Assembly: GCF_006345805.1 (NCBI RefSeq)
Contig: NC_043000.1
Location: forward strand, 77,066,001 to 77,130,000
Reading direction: 5' to 3'
Source: Octopus sinensis
Taxonomy: Eukaryota
Length of the DNA stretch: 64,000 nt
Part shown: piece after piece, positions 1 through 11,140 of the stretch
Position numbering within the stretch: the stretch's first letter is position 1
How the letters are laid out: each line of letters opens with the position of its first letter
Position numbers and translations under genes: made by a program
Notes under the pieces: model-generated
Told to the model about the DNA's origin: nothing
Seen by the model: the letters and a program-made list of their open reading frames with translations, nothing else
Databases searched by the model: none

Positions 1-1
1 G

Positions 2-2524
2 CATCCCTAAGCCACCCTTTAACGGTTTCTGACAGCAAATAGAACGTCTTACAAGAGGAGTGCTTCTCTTCCACAAAAAGCGGAAGATCTGCCTCTCCAA
101 CTTGCTTAACCACGAATCCGGACAAGGGACGACGGTCAGGCGGTAGGTGATGACCGATGCTAAAAACACATTGGCCACCTCCGCCCTCCCTTTCAAGGAT
201 AGCCACCGTCCGGACCAAGTCCCGACCGCGTGAGCCACCTTGCCCGTCACCTCAGACCAGTTCTTTTCTATCTGGAGATCTGGACCAAACCAGATCCCTA
301 GCAGCTTAACCGGGCCCTCCGTCCAGCATCCCACGATGCTATTCGAAGGCATCGACTTGCCCCTCCAGGTGCCGAGTTGCAAGCCGACCGATTTTTCCGG
401 GTTAATCTTTGCTCCTGTCGCCGTCTCGTAAGCCTTGATGGCATCTCCCACATTACGTAGGAGTTCCACCTCGGTCACGATGATGGTGATGTCGTCCGCA
501 TACGATGTCACAGATCCTCCACCTCCTGGATTCATCGGGATGGCGCTCAGCTTTCGCAGCAATGGCTCGAGAGCCATCACATACAAAATCGGGGAGAGCG
601 GACACCCTTGACGAACAGACTGTCTGATGCGGAACGGCTTCGAAAGGAAGCCGTTCACCCGAACGATCGAGTCGATGTTATCGTACAATTGTATGATCCA
701 CCTGAGGAAGCCAACACCCAGACCGAACTGCGCCAGCACGGACACCAGGTACCGATGGTTCACCCTATCGAACGCTTTACTCTGGTCTAAATGGACCAAT
801 GCCCCACCTTTGCCAGAGTCATTCCCAAACCTCTCTATTGTGTAGCGTACTAGGTGAAGATTGTCCTGGATGGTTCTTCCAGGGACCGCACAAGTTTGTG
901 CCTCCCCGATCAGACCACCTGCGACACGCGTCAACCTTTTCGCTAGCACCTTGGCCAAAATCTTCACCTCTGTGTTTAGCAGTGTGATGGGCCGAAAGTT
1001 GTCTATGTTGTCCCCCTTGCTCGGGTCCTTTCTGATCAGCGTCACCACTCCCCGACGTACAGATCTGGGAATGAACCCATTCTGTCGCCAGTTCGCGAAG
1101 ACGCCGGTCAGCACGTTCCCGAACAAGTCTGGCATTCTTTTATATAGTTCGTAAGGTAAACCATCAATCCCCGGCGCCCTGCCTTCACCGCAGTCGACCA
1201 GGACCTCAGCTATCTCCTCAGGCGAGATCGACGCTTCACAGCTCTCCGCGTCCTGCCCCGTGAGGCGCGGCAACCTGGCGAGGATGTCCGTTAGGTCCAC
1301 CCTCTCCTCCGGCCCGCCGTCGCCCCCAAAGAGCCGAGCGAAGTGCTCCTGAAACGTCCGACACATCTCCTCTGGTTCGGTGATCACATCGCCTCGCCCG
1401 TTCGTCACAGACTTAATTGTGGAATCGTTTCCACGTTGAGCCTCCACAACTCGTGCCCATCCGGCAGCCCTGATACCCTCGCACCCCATTGCGCGAATTC
1501 TAGCTCTGACGATACAACCCATATGTTGGGCTTCGAGATGCTGGTTCAACTCCAGTCTCTTCAGCCTAACTTGGGCCCCATCGCCAGCTCTCATGGCTTC
1601 CTCTAAGGCCTTAACTAGCCCCATCTCTTTCCTACGCCCAGTAGTTGCTAGACCTATGCTGTATCTAATGGACTCGTATTTGATGGCTCTTTTGAGGGCG
1701 TACCACCATTTGTTGTTAATAATGGAACCGGTTAACGCCCTCTTCACTAATAACTCGATCCGGTTTCTGTACTCCTCAATAGCCAGAAGGGACTTATTGA
1801 GTTTCCAGTAGCCGGATCCCTTACTACCTAACTTATCTAGGTTCAGTTCGCCAGTGACCATCTTGTGATCGCTGTAACTGACCAGGTGAAACTGTGGACA
1901 CTTAACTAATCCTTTATCTATTTTTCTAATAAAAATTCTGTCTATGTAGGACCTGACAGACCCGTCGCCACTTAACCACGTCCACTGTGGAGCGTTCGGG
2001 AATTCAAGTCTGTAGGGATCCACCAGCTGAAAGCGACTCAGTAGATCCCGGAAGCCAGGGTTTGGTTTTCTATCTTTTGAGCCAACGCCATCGACTATGG
2101 CATTAAAGTCCCCTAGCATGACTATGGATTTTGACGTGCCAAGAAACTTCTCTAGGTCTCGATAAAAATCAGTCTGACCCGAATTAGGTGCGTATACCGC
2201 CACCAGCCTGATTTCTTTACCACAACTGAACGTCAGATCTAAGACGACCAGCCTACCTTCTGAATCAGAAAAAATCAACTTTTTCTCTGAGACACTATCT
2301 TTTTTAAGCAGGACCAACACCCCACTCCCGCCCACATGCCGTCCAGGAGAAATAAATTTCTCGTAGCCGTTCATGAGCGGGAGTAGATCTCTTGGCCCTT
2401 CGATTCGTGTCTCAGTAGCTACAATTACATTTAAATTCCGCGCCCTGATATCGTTTAGTAAACGACCTTGTTTCCAGTTCGCTACCAGGGTGCGCACATT
2501 TATACAACCAACGTAAACAGCCAT
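2..2524 (-). CDS. ORF2 (APE endonuclease + reverse transcriptase), partial, apparently open to the window edge
   Basis: ATG at 2524 (MAVYVGCINVRTL...). VRQGCPLSP (Q codon at 610), SYADD (Y codon at 502) and GGLGM (position 4) are in the same frame. GDFN, SDH and NFRPITLLN motifs are also present. It is probably missing from the ORF track because no stop codon lies in the window. Not every codon was checked. Confidence 0.88.
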   Translation of the reverse strand, partial: MAVYVGCINVRTLVANWKQGRLLNDIRARNLNVIVATETRIEGPRDLLPLMNGYEKFISPGRHVGGSGVLVLLKKDSVSEKKLIFSDSEGRLVVLDLTFSCGKEIRLVAVYAPNSGQTDFYRDLEKFLGTSKSIVMLGDFNAIVDGVGSKDRKPNPGFRDLLSRFQLVDPYRLEFPNAPQWTWLSGDGSVRSYIDRIFIRKIDKGLVKCPQFHLVSYSDHKMVTGELNLDKLGSKGSGYWKLNKSLLAIEEYRNRIELLVKRALTGSIINNKWWYALKRAIKYESIRYSIGLATTGRRKEMGLVKALEEAMRAGDGAQVRLKRLELNQHLEAQHMGCIVRARIRAMGCEGIRAAGWARVVEAQRGNDSTIKSVTNGRGDVITEPEEMCRTFQEHFARLFGGDGGPEERVDLTDILARLPRLTGQDAESCEASISPEEIAEVLVDCGEGRAPGIDGLPYELYKRMPDLFGNVLTGVFANWRQNGFIPRSVRRGVVTLIRKDPSKGDNIDNFRPITLLNTEVKILAKVLAKRLTRVAGGLIGEAQTCAVPGRTIQDNLHLVRYTIERFGNDSGKGGALVHLDQSKAFDRVNHRYLVSVLAQFGLGVGFLRWIIQLYDNIDSIVRVNGFLSKPFRIRQSVRQGCPLSPILYVMALEPLLRKLSAIPMNPGGGGSVTSYADDITIIVTEVELLRNVGDAIKAYETATGAKINPEKSVGLQLGTWRGKSMPSNSIVGCWTEGPVKLLGIWFGPDLQIEKNWSEVTGKVAHAVGTWSGRWLSLKGRAEVANVFLASVITYRLTVVPCPDSWLSKLERQIFRFLWKRSTPLVRRSICCQKPLKGGLGM

Positions 2525-2531
2525 AGTTTGC

Positions 2532-3880
2532 TTACCTTATTTCCTCCGGGTCCGGCCGACGGGGGGGACCCGTCTCTTCTGCCTTCGAGGGCCGTGGAAT
2601 CGGCGTACTGCTGTTCTTCTTTTCTACATCCTTCAGGGCATCCCCCTTGCTCATTCTGGATGGGCCTACGTCTTTTCTAAAATCATTTGCTAACGTGTTG
2701 AACCCTCTCAGTCCCATCACGTAGCATCTCCAGTCTCCACCTCCTCGATGTGTTGTGTCTCCACTCTACGCATCACTTCCCTGTTTGCGGTGTTCATCGC
2801 GACGTACACCCTATTTTCCCTCTCCGGCTTCTTCGCCTTCTACACTTCTCTCTTCTCTTTACTTATGGTTTTCTCCGGGGAGGGGTTATTGTGTTTTCGC
2901 TTTGTAGCAGCAACCTGTGACCACCCCTCCCCTACTTCTGTTGCAGGTGTTGTTTCTATTGCCGCCACTTGCGAACTTGGCTTTGTGGGTTCGCTCTTCT
3001 CCTTCTCTGCCGGCTTGCAGTCTTTCTTGATGTGGCCCTTCTTGCCACAGGTGAAACACCTGGGCTTCCGGCCCTCCACCATTACTGCCATCCGGCTCTC
3101 TCCTATCTCAATCACCTCGCCTATCTCTTCCAAGACGTCCGGCTCGGCCTGAATGATAATTTTTACTTTCTGTCCTTGCCACTTTTTGGCGTCTTCCACC
3201 GTGGCATCGCGAATCTCTATTTTTTCTTCCAGCCCTGCAGTGACTCCAGCCACTATTAGTTCGGGCTCAACCTCTGGCGGAATATTAGCAATCGTAATTC
3301 TTGAAATGCGCCTTCCTCTATAAATAGGTAGAAGGGTTACTGCCTCTGTTTTCAGGGGTTCCATAGACTGCTCCCTTGTTTCTTCCTCTGTTTTGAACCT
3401 GGTTTCTACGGTGCCATATCTCTTACCCCTGGTTAAAAATGTAATTTTTTCCCAGATGGGTTTTAAGCACGCCTCCACTTCCTTCTCCGAAGAAAAGTCT
3501 ATTCTTCTTTCCTTATTTCTATAAGTTTTATATATTATTGTTTTTCTTTCTATCTCTTCGAGAGATTCTTTCGTCTGGTTCAGCTTAATTTTATATCCGT
3601 TTCGGGATACTATCTTTTTAACTTCGTCCAACTTGGTTAGGTTTATCTTTCTTTCTTTTGGACTCACCGCTTCAGCGAAGTTCAGCGCCTTCTTTGCCAT
3701 GCTTGGCACATCCATATTTCTTCTGACTCGCCTACTTTCCTCTTCGTCCGAGGAAATGTCGGGCAAGGCTACTGTTCCTTCTAGGCTGGACATCTCTGGA
3801 CTCAGGACCTGGGTTTGGTCTTCCGTTCTGTCCGCCTTCGGGCTGGCCATTATTGGCCTACCCCTCCTCAGCGGCTTCAC
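2532..3880 (-). pseudogene. ORF1 gag-like protein with CCHC zinc knuckle; premature stop at 2840 plus a frameshift near 2735
   Basis: CFTCGKKGHIKKDC knuckle. RGKRYGTVE.RF is shared with copy B. Homology continues past the TAG (YVAMNTAN ~ YMAVKAAN; FRKDVGP ~ FFHDVGP). Confidence 0.85.
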
Positions 3881-4489
3881 TAAAATTAGTCAAATAAATT
3901 CGACTAAAAAAGACAACTTACTTTTTCTTTTTTTCTTTCACAAATAACAACTGGTAGTAGAATGTAGAGTACAAGTTTGCTATTCTTAAACAAAAATGAA
4001 TATGTATATATTTCACATTCGTTATTACATACATATTTAAGCACTTAACGTTTTCTCATGCAAAACCATTCATACGCAAATACACATACACATGTATGTC
4101 AACACACACAAAATTCGTGAAAAACAGGAAACTTGCTAGGCAAGACTCAAGTTTTGTCAATAACCCTTTGTCCTTCAGGGATTTTTTCTCTTCTTTGCTT
4201 TGGACGGTTTTGTGCGTTTATAAGTAATGTATGTGTAGCATCTGTGTTTTGTATGTGTACATGTTTATTTGAAATCAATTTTTTGCGTTATTAGTAAGTT
4301 GATATAATTTTGCTCTCGTACTATTATCTCTGTTATTATATACTGTTGGTCTACCTGTTTTGTCTATTGTTGTCTAACTGACGAAGTCAGCCTTCGCGCG
4401 AAGACTTCGCGTTGGTGTTCCCCCCTCAGTGGGGGAAAACTACAATTAATTTGGATTTACCAAAGGCTTGTTAAAGCCATTTGTTCAAG

Positions 4490-5846
4490 ATGGAGTCCCC
4501 CATCTCTTATTCGCCCGTGACGAGCGAGGATGAATACCCGGCGTTGTCGCCAAGTAAAAAAGAGGCGTTGTCGCCGAAGAAAAAAGAGGCGGCGTCGCCC
4601 AAAAAAATGGAAAAACCAGTACCAGCATCAACTCCAGCAAAAAAATTCGCTGAAGTGGCTGGGAAAAAGATCAAAAAAATAAATATAGAAAATTTTAAAA
4701 AATTTGCAGACTGTGTAAAAAAAGAAGGCACAGAAGTGACTGTGGCCACAAACATACAAATACATGACGATATAGAAAAAAAAAGAATAATATATAAAAC
4801 TTACGACACAACGAAAAAAATGATCCAAAAATCGAAGAAAAAAAAATAGAGTCTTGTCTAAAACCTTTTATGGATAAAATAACGTATATAAACAGAGGAA
4901 AAAGATACGGCACAGTGGAGGTGCGTTTTACTACGGAGGAGATAGCGAGAGAAAAAGAATCGATGGAGCCAATCAAAGCGGAAAACATTGTCTTACTACC
5001 ATTGTATAAAGGAAAAAGGACGTCGAAAATTTCGATGAACAACATCCGCCAGAGGCAGATGCTGAATGTCTGGTGGCAGCAGTGATGGTAGGTCTGGAGG
5101 AAAAAATAAACATCCTCCAGGCCACACAGTGGAGGAAGAGGAGTTCTGGAAAGGGCAGAAAATAGTGATAGCCATTCAGGCGGAGGTGCAAACACTGGAA
5201 GAAATTCCAGAAACGGTAAAGATTAGTGAAGACGAGAAAATAACAGTTTTCGTGGAGGGCAGGAAGCCGAGGTGCTTCGGCTGCGGCAAGAAGGGTCATG
5301 TAAGGGCGGAATGCCAACCCCAACCCAAACCGCAGGAAGCACCTAAGCCAAAAGAAAAAGAAGATAATGTGTCACCAGAAGCAGCGTCGGACGGCCCAGA
5401 AGGGAAGACTGAAGGTGTGGAGGTGACGGTGACAGCAGAACCAGCGGCGGAGGAAAAAAAGAGCGAGGAAAAGATAAATGAGGAGGGGTGGGCAAAAATT
5501 ACCGGAAGAAAAAAAGAAAAACGGAAACCACCCCTCCCAGAGTAATCTAAAAAAGAAAAAAGAGTCAATGAACTCATATATGGCCGTAAAGGCAGCAAAT
5601 AGCAGACTCGGAAACGTGTTGGCAGCCATGGCCAAAGTGGAGAAAGTAGTGAAAAAAAACGACTTTGTAATTTACAGAATAGGCCGGAAGGATTACGGGC
5701 GGATAAAGTCAGAATTCTTCCATGACGTAGGCCCACTTAGATTGGATGTGACATCTCCACATATATTCGAGGGCCTACGTCAGACTCCCCCACGAGGCCC
5801 AGAAAAAGTGTTAGAAGAACAAGAAAAAACCGAACCACTGATATAA
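4490..5846 (+). pseudogene. ORF1 (zinc knuckle), several frameshifts
   Basis: ORF-track fragments 4481-4849, 4870-5085, 5066-5545 (CFGCGKKGHVRAEC) and 5478-5846 are collinear with copy A ORF1. Confidence 0.85.
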
Positions 5847-5854
5847 GGTAAGTA

Positions 5855-8800
5855 ATGGATTACATTTATGTTGGTTGTTTGAATGTGCGCGGCCTGGGAG
5901 CAGGCTGGAAGCAAGGTCGCTTCCTGCATGATATCAGTCGCGTAATTTAGATGTTATTGTTGCTACAGAAACCCGGTTAGAGGGGCCAAGAGGTCTACTC
6001 CCGCTGTTTGACGGCTACGAGAGTTTTTTCTCTCCTGGCAGTCCTACAGGCGGGAGTGGGGTGTTGGTCCTATTAAAAAGAAACGGGTTTCTGAGAAAAA
6101 GTTAATTTTTGCAGATCCAGAAGGTAGGCTGGTCGTCATGGATTTGACGTTCAGTAATGGTAAAGTTATCAGACTGGTTGCAATTTACGCACCCAACCAT
6201 ACAGGGCAAAGTGATTATTTTCGTGAACTAGAAAACTTTCTTGGTACTTCGCATTCATTAGTGGTGCTAGGAGACTTTAACACAATTTGCAAAGCGGATG
6301 TAGATTGTGTTGGCTCGCGTCCAGATAGAAAAGGCAACAGTGGCTTCATGGAACTGCTAAGCCGCTTTGAGCTAGCAGATCCTTATAGGCTGGAATTTCC
6401 GAACGCTCCATTGTGGACATGGTCAAACAGCGACGGATCTTCCAGGTCATATTTAGATAGAATACTAATTAGAAAAGTAGACAGTAAAATAGCTAAGTGT
6501 CCACAGTTTTACCCGATCAGCTACAGTGATCATAAAATGGTCACTGTAAGCTTGACATAGATAAGGTTAAAAATAGAGGATCCGGTTACTGGAAACTTAA
6601 TACGTCCCTTTTGGCGATTAAGGAGTACAAAGACCGGATTAGGAATATAATTCAGAGGGCACTATCTGGTACCATCATTAATAACAAATGGTGGTACGCC
6701 TCAAACGAGCCATCAAGTTTGAGTCTATTAGATATAGCATAGGAGTAGTGGCTAGAGAGGCTAGAAGGGAAACTACTCTAGTTAAGGAATTAGAGGAAGC
6801 CATGAAAACTGGCTCTGCGGCTCAGGTGGCGTCCAAGAGACTGGTGTTAAACCAGCACTCGAGGCCAAACACATGGGCTGCATTGTCAGGGCTAGAATCC
6901 GTCATATGGGATGTGAAGGAATCAACGCCGTGAGATGGGCCCGAGTGGTGGAAGCTCAGCATGGTAACGATGCCACGATTCGATCTTTGACGAACCAACA
7001 AGGTGAGTTGATAAACGAACCCGAGGAGATGTGTGAGGCCTTTCAGGAGCACTTCGCTCAGCTTTTCGGTGAGTGCGGCGGACTGGATAGGAGGAGGGCC
7101 TTTACGGACCTACTCGACGGTCTGCCGCGCTTATCGGGGCGAGATGCGGAGGGCTGTGAAGGGCCAATCACGCCTGGGGAGGTGTTTGAGGCAATGGCGG
7201 ACTGCGGCGCGGGCAAGGCGCCAGGTTTGGATGGTCTACCCTATGAGTTATATAAGAGTATGCCAGACTTGTTCGGGCACCTACTGCGGAGGTCTATGCG
7301 AACTGGCAGCAGAACGGGCTTATACCCAGATCTGTGCGCCGGGGAGTAGTGACTCTCGTCAGAAAGGACCCGAGCAAGGGGAGTGCATTGATAATTTCAG
7401 GCCCATCACTCTGCTAAACACAGAGTTGAAGATTTTGGCCAAAGTGTTATCGAAAAGATTGGCGCGTGTCGCGGATGGTCTGATCGGAGAGGCACAGACA
7501 TGTGCCGTTCCGGGCAGATCCATTCAGGATAATCTCCATCTAATGCGGTACACTATAGAGGTTTAATAGTGATTCTGGCAAGGGCGGGGCACTGGTCCAT
7601 TTAGACCAATCTAAAGCTTTTGATAGGGTCGACCATCGTTACCTGGTATCTGCCCTGGCACAGTTCGGGCTGAGCCTTGGCTTCCTCAGGTGGATTATCC
7701 AAATTTATGATAACATCGACTCGGTAGTTCGGGTGAACGGCTTCTTGTCGAAGCCGTTCAAAATCAAACGCTCGGTTCGTCAAGGGTGTCCGCTCTCCCC
7801 GCTTTTGTACGTGATGGCTCTTGAGCCATTACTGCGAAAACTGAGCGGCATCCCGAGACAGCAGGTAATGGAAAATCAGTGTCAGCGTACGCGGATGACA
7901 TCACCATCATCGTAACCGAAATGGACCACCTATGTAAAGTAGGCAAGGCCATAGAGGTTTACGAGACGGTGACAGGAGCAAAAGTTAATCGCGAAAAGTC
8001 AGTCGGCTTGCAACTCGGCACCTGGAGAGGCAAGTCGATGCCTCCTGACAGCGTCGTGGGACGTTGGACGGAGGGTCCGATTAAACTGCTAGGGGTCTGG
8101 TTCGGTCCAGACCTCCAAATAGAGAAGAATTGGGGCGAGGTAACGAGCAAGGTGGCTGCAGTAGCCAAGACCTGGTCTTGGCGGTGGCTATCCCTGAAAG
8201 GGAGGGCGGAGGTGGCCAATGTGTTTATCGCATCGGTTATCACCTACCGCCTTTCCGTCGTTCCTTGCCCTGACTCGTGGTTGATCAAGTTGGAAAGAGA
8301 GCTCTTCTACTTCTTGTGGAAGGGCGGGAAACCACTTGTGAAACGCTCTACTTGCTGTCAACAACCGTTAAAGGGTGGGCTAGGGATGACTTGGCTGATG
8401 ATGCGCAGACATGCGCTGAGGTTAAGACATCTGTGGCTCTACCTGGATGGTGAACGGGTGTGGTCTTCGCTAGCAAAACTGATGTTTCCCAAGTTCACTA
8501 GTTTCGGTGGATGGGAAACCTGGCTGAATCGTAGATCGAAACTTGGTACTTGGTACACGGAGTGTCGCAAGGCTCTCCTGCTATTCCGTCGCTCGGGCAA
8601 CGCCTGCGGTGGGGGTTCCACCACATTCCTCTATAGAGGGTTGGTAGAGGCGGAATGTGAAGATACCTTGGGGGAAACCCTAGGTCTCGACGATAATCAG
8701 CTGGCCAGTCTGTTCCGACGTACGTTCGAGCCGAGGACACTGGACAACTTCCAGAAGTCTCTGGCATGGCAATGCTACAGAGGAGCTCTACCTGTTCGGG

Positions 8801-9240
8801 ATAAACTCGCAAGGCACGGTGGCCAAGACAGTCCGATATGTCCAAGATGCGGGCGGGATAGGGAAACCGTCCCGCACGCTATTGTTCATTGTCCGGACGT
8901 GTCTGAGGTGTGGGTTTATGCCGAACAGCTGTTGTCAGGTACACGAAGAGTACAGCTGTCGACTGAGTCGATTACAAAAATTGACCCACCGGATTTCCTC
9001 GTGAATGAAGGTAAGTTTCGTTTTCTCGTTGTAGTAGCAATTGCGAAAGAGGTGATATGGAAGACGAGAATGAAAGGGGTACAGTCAGGCAAGTTCATCT
9101 CCGGCCCTGGTTTGATGAATTATTTCATCTTTCACCTGAAAAGGAAGATAGGGCTGGAGAGAATATGCCTGACTAGGAGAGTGTATGAAGAACGATGGAA
9201 GGATGTAGCACGAAAGTTGCGAGTGAAAGATACAACATAA
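5855..9240 (+). pseudogene. ORF2 APE-RT-CCHC, frameshifted
   Basis: LGDFN, YLDRI, SDH, KAPGLDG, NFRPITLLN, VRQGCPLSP, AYADD, GGLGM and C-terminal CPRCGRDRETVPHAIVHC. Confidence 0.92.
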
Positions 9241-9489
9241 ATGTAATACCAAGCGCAAACAAAAGTATCAGTGGGGAGGCGGGGCTCGTGGGGTCCGAGC
9301 TAAACCCGCACCCACTCCACCCGTAATGTCTTCCGGTCTGTCCCATCATTCGATTTCTGTCCATTTATTGTAATTCATGAAAATTTTTAAATCCGATTTA
9401 TTGTAAAAACCCATTCGTTTGTCTGACCCCATCATCAGATTGTATTGTCCCATCTATGTTCGCCCCTTGTGGGTAATAATAAAATCACA

Positions 9490-9941
9490 TGTTTATTTGA
9501 AATCTGGCCGAACATTTGTACTATGACAGAACAGAAAGAAGTTAAAAGGCTAATGGAAGAGTATAAATGGTATGAAGTTGGTGAGACTAGGTATGCTGTG
9601 ATTGAAAAGAAGAACATAGATGAGTTTATGGTGAGGTGTGAAAGGGAGAATTGGGAGTCGAAAGATATAAGAATGAGCGATGAATTCGTGGAAAATATGG
9701 AGGAGTATTTCGGAGTAAGAATGGATATGGAATTTATTCGTATTGGGAAAGAACATTCAAGTGACGGTGAAAACCAAAGGACAGGTAAGTGATGCTAACG
9801 GATGGGGCCTTTAGCATCGCTTTCATATTATCATTTTTTTCATGTAATAATTCATCCTTCATAAATTTAATTATAATGTTCTATGTCCCCATGTCTTGTG
9901 GTGTCCCCTCTGTGTCGCCCCTAGTGGGTAATAAAGAAAAA
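9490..9941 (+). mobile_element. Probable 5'-truncated ORF1-only (HAL1-like) relative of the Tx1 element
   Basis: Charged ORF ending at 9792 weakly resembles the ORF1 C-terminus. It is followed by CAGGTAAGTGATG, a ~150-bp UTR and a second copy of the Tx1 3' terminal motif (9916-9940). Confidence 0.5.
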
Positions 9942-10883
9942 GTATGTGTACATGTTTTTGAAAGCATGAATATACGAGTACTGATGGCAGAAACATGCTC
10001 TTTTACCTACTTCTGTGTGCTGTATATACTAGTGACATATAGTGCAGTCTATGTATGCGAGTAATGCTCAAGCTATAAACTCATACTTTCAATGTAACTT
10101 GTGTTTATCGACGATATTGCATCCATTTATTTATGTGTGAGACATATAAGGCTCATAATGCAGGTGTCTATGAAATATAACCATCCGTACATACATGAAT
10201 ACATATATATATACGTGTGTCACTTTGTATTTTATCTAGTGTCCGTCACGGCTGTGCTGAAGTATCGCTATTAAGAGTTTTAATCAAACGTATATCGATC
10301 CAGAACATATATTACCGGATTTGAATTTATCGAGTCGCTAATTTGTAGCTGTGACATAAAAGGAAAAAAGAACCCAAATCTACTGTATATTCCTTGATTT
10401 CGAAAAACCATAAGATAGGTTTAACCTCAGAATCTTATTCTTCCAGAAATATCGAAATCAAATGACGAATGGGGCACTATCATAAAAGCTAGTGGTAATA
10501 TTTGGAGTACTAAAAGCACCGCATTGAGTAGTTTTTGTTCCTGCTAATGTTGTCAGACATTGATAATTAATATACGATAAGCCACTCAGTTGTTATACAG
10601 ACAACATTAAGGTGGTGCTAAAGAACAAGACGAACAGTGTTATCAATGTATCCCAACTAGACTTTGACACTATATACAATAATATGTCGTTTAACGCCAT
10701 GAGTATATTCGTGACCGAGCATTACTATATCTTGCAGATGCAGGTTTCTCTACAACACACACACACATATACGCTTATACACATATTATATATACCATTT
10801 TTTGCTTTTTAGTTACCATCATGGTTTGAATTGAAGCACATATGTATACACACGCACGCACACACACAATATATATTATATAT

Positions 10884-11084
10884 GGAGTGGCTGTGTGGTA
10901 AGTAGCTTGCTTACGAACCACAGGGTTCCGGGTTTAGTCCCAGTGCGTGGCACCTTGCGCAAGTGTCTTCTACTATAGCCTCGGGCCGACCAAAGGCTTA
11001 CAAAGAATAAGTCTTGCGGTCGATTTGCTCGACTAAATGCGGTGCTCCAGCATGGCCGCAGTCAAATGACTGAAACAAGTAAAA

Positions 11085-11087
<3 letters not shown>
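10884..11087 (+). mobile_element. tRNA-derived SINE, family 1 (CORE-like ACCTTGGGCAAG), internally deleted
   Basis: GGAGTGGCTGTGTGGTAAG head, GGTTCCGGGTTTAGTCCC box and GCGGTGCTCCAGCATGGCCGCAGTCAAATGACTGAAAC tail; many copies in the window. Confidence 0.85.

Positions 11088-11139
<52 letters not shown>

Positions 11140-11140
<1 letters not shown>

Larger units (their letters stand above)
1..3900 (-). mobile_element. Tx1/L1-clade non-LTR retrotransposon, copy A (3' part runs off the window)
   Basis: Zinc-knuckle ORF1 followed by an APE endonuclease + RT ORF2 on the minus strand; collinear and homologous with the element at 4390-9484. Confidence 0.93.
4390..9484 (+). mobile_element. Tx1/L1-clade non-LTR retrotransposon, copy B, near full length, frameshifted
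   Basis: ORF1 pieces at 4490-5846, ORF2 pieces at 5855-9240, and a 3' UTR ending CGCCCCTTGTGGGTAATAATAAAA. Confidence 0.93.

Noticed and set aside
240-3947. Plus-strand ORFs over Tx1 copy A (and minus-strand ORFs over copy B)
   Set aside because: They are antisense shadows of the LINE ORFs with no recognisable motifs.
9977-10001. GAGTA CTGATG GCA GAAA CATGCTC
   Set aside because: The core is incomplete and helix II is missing; at most a deleted relic.
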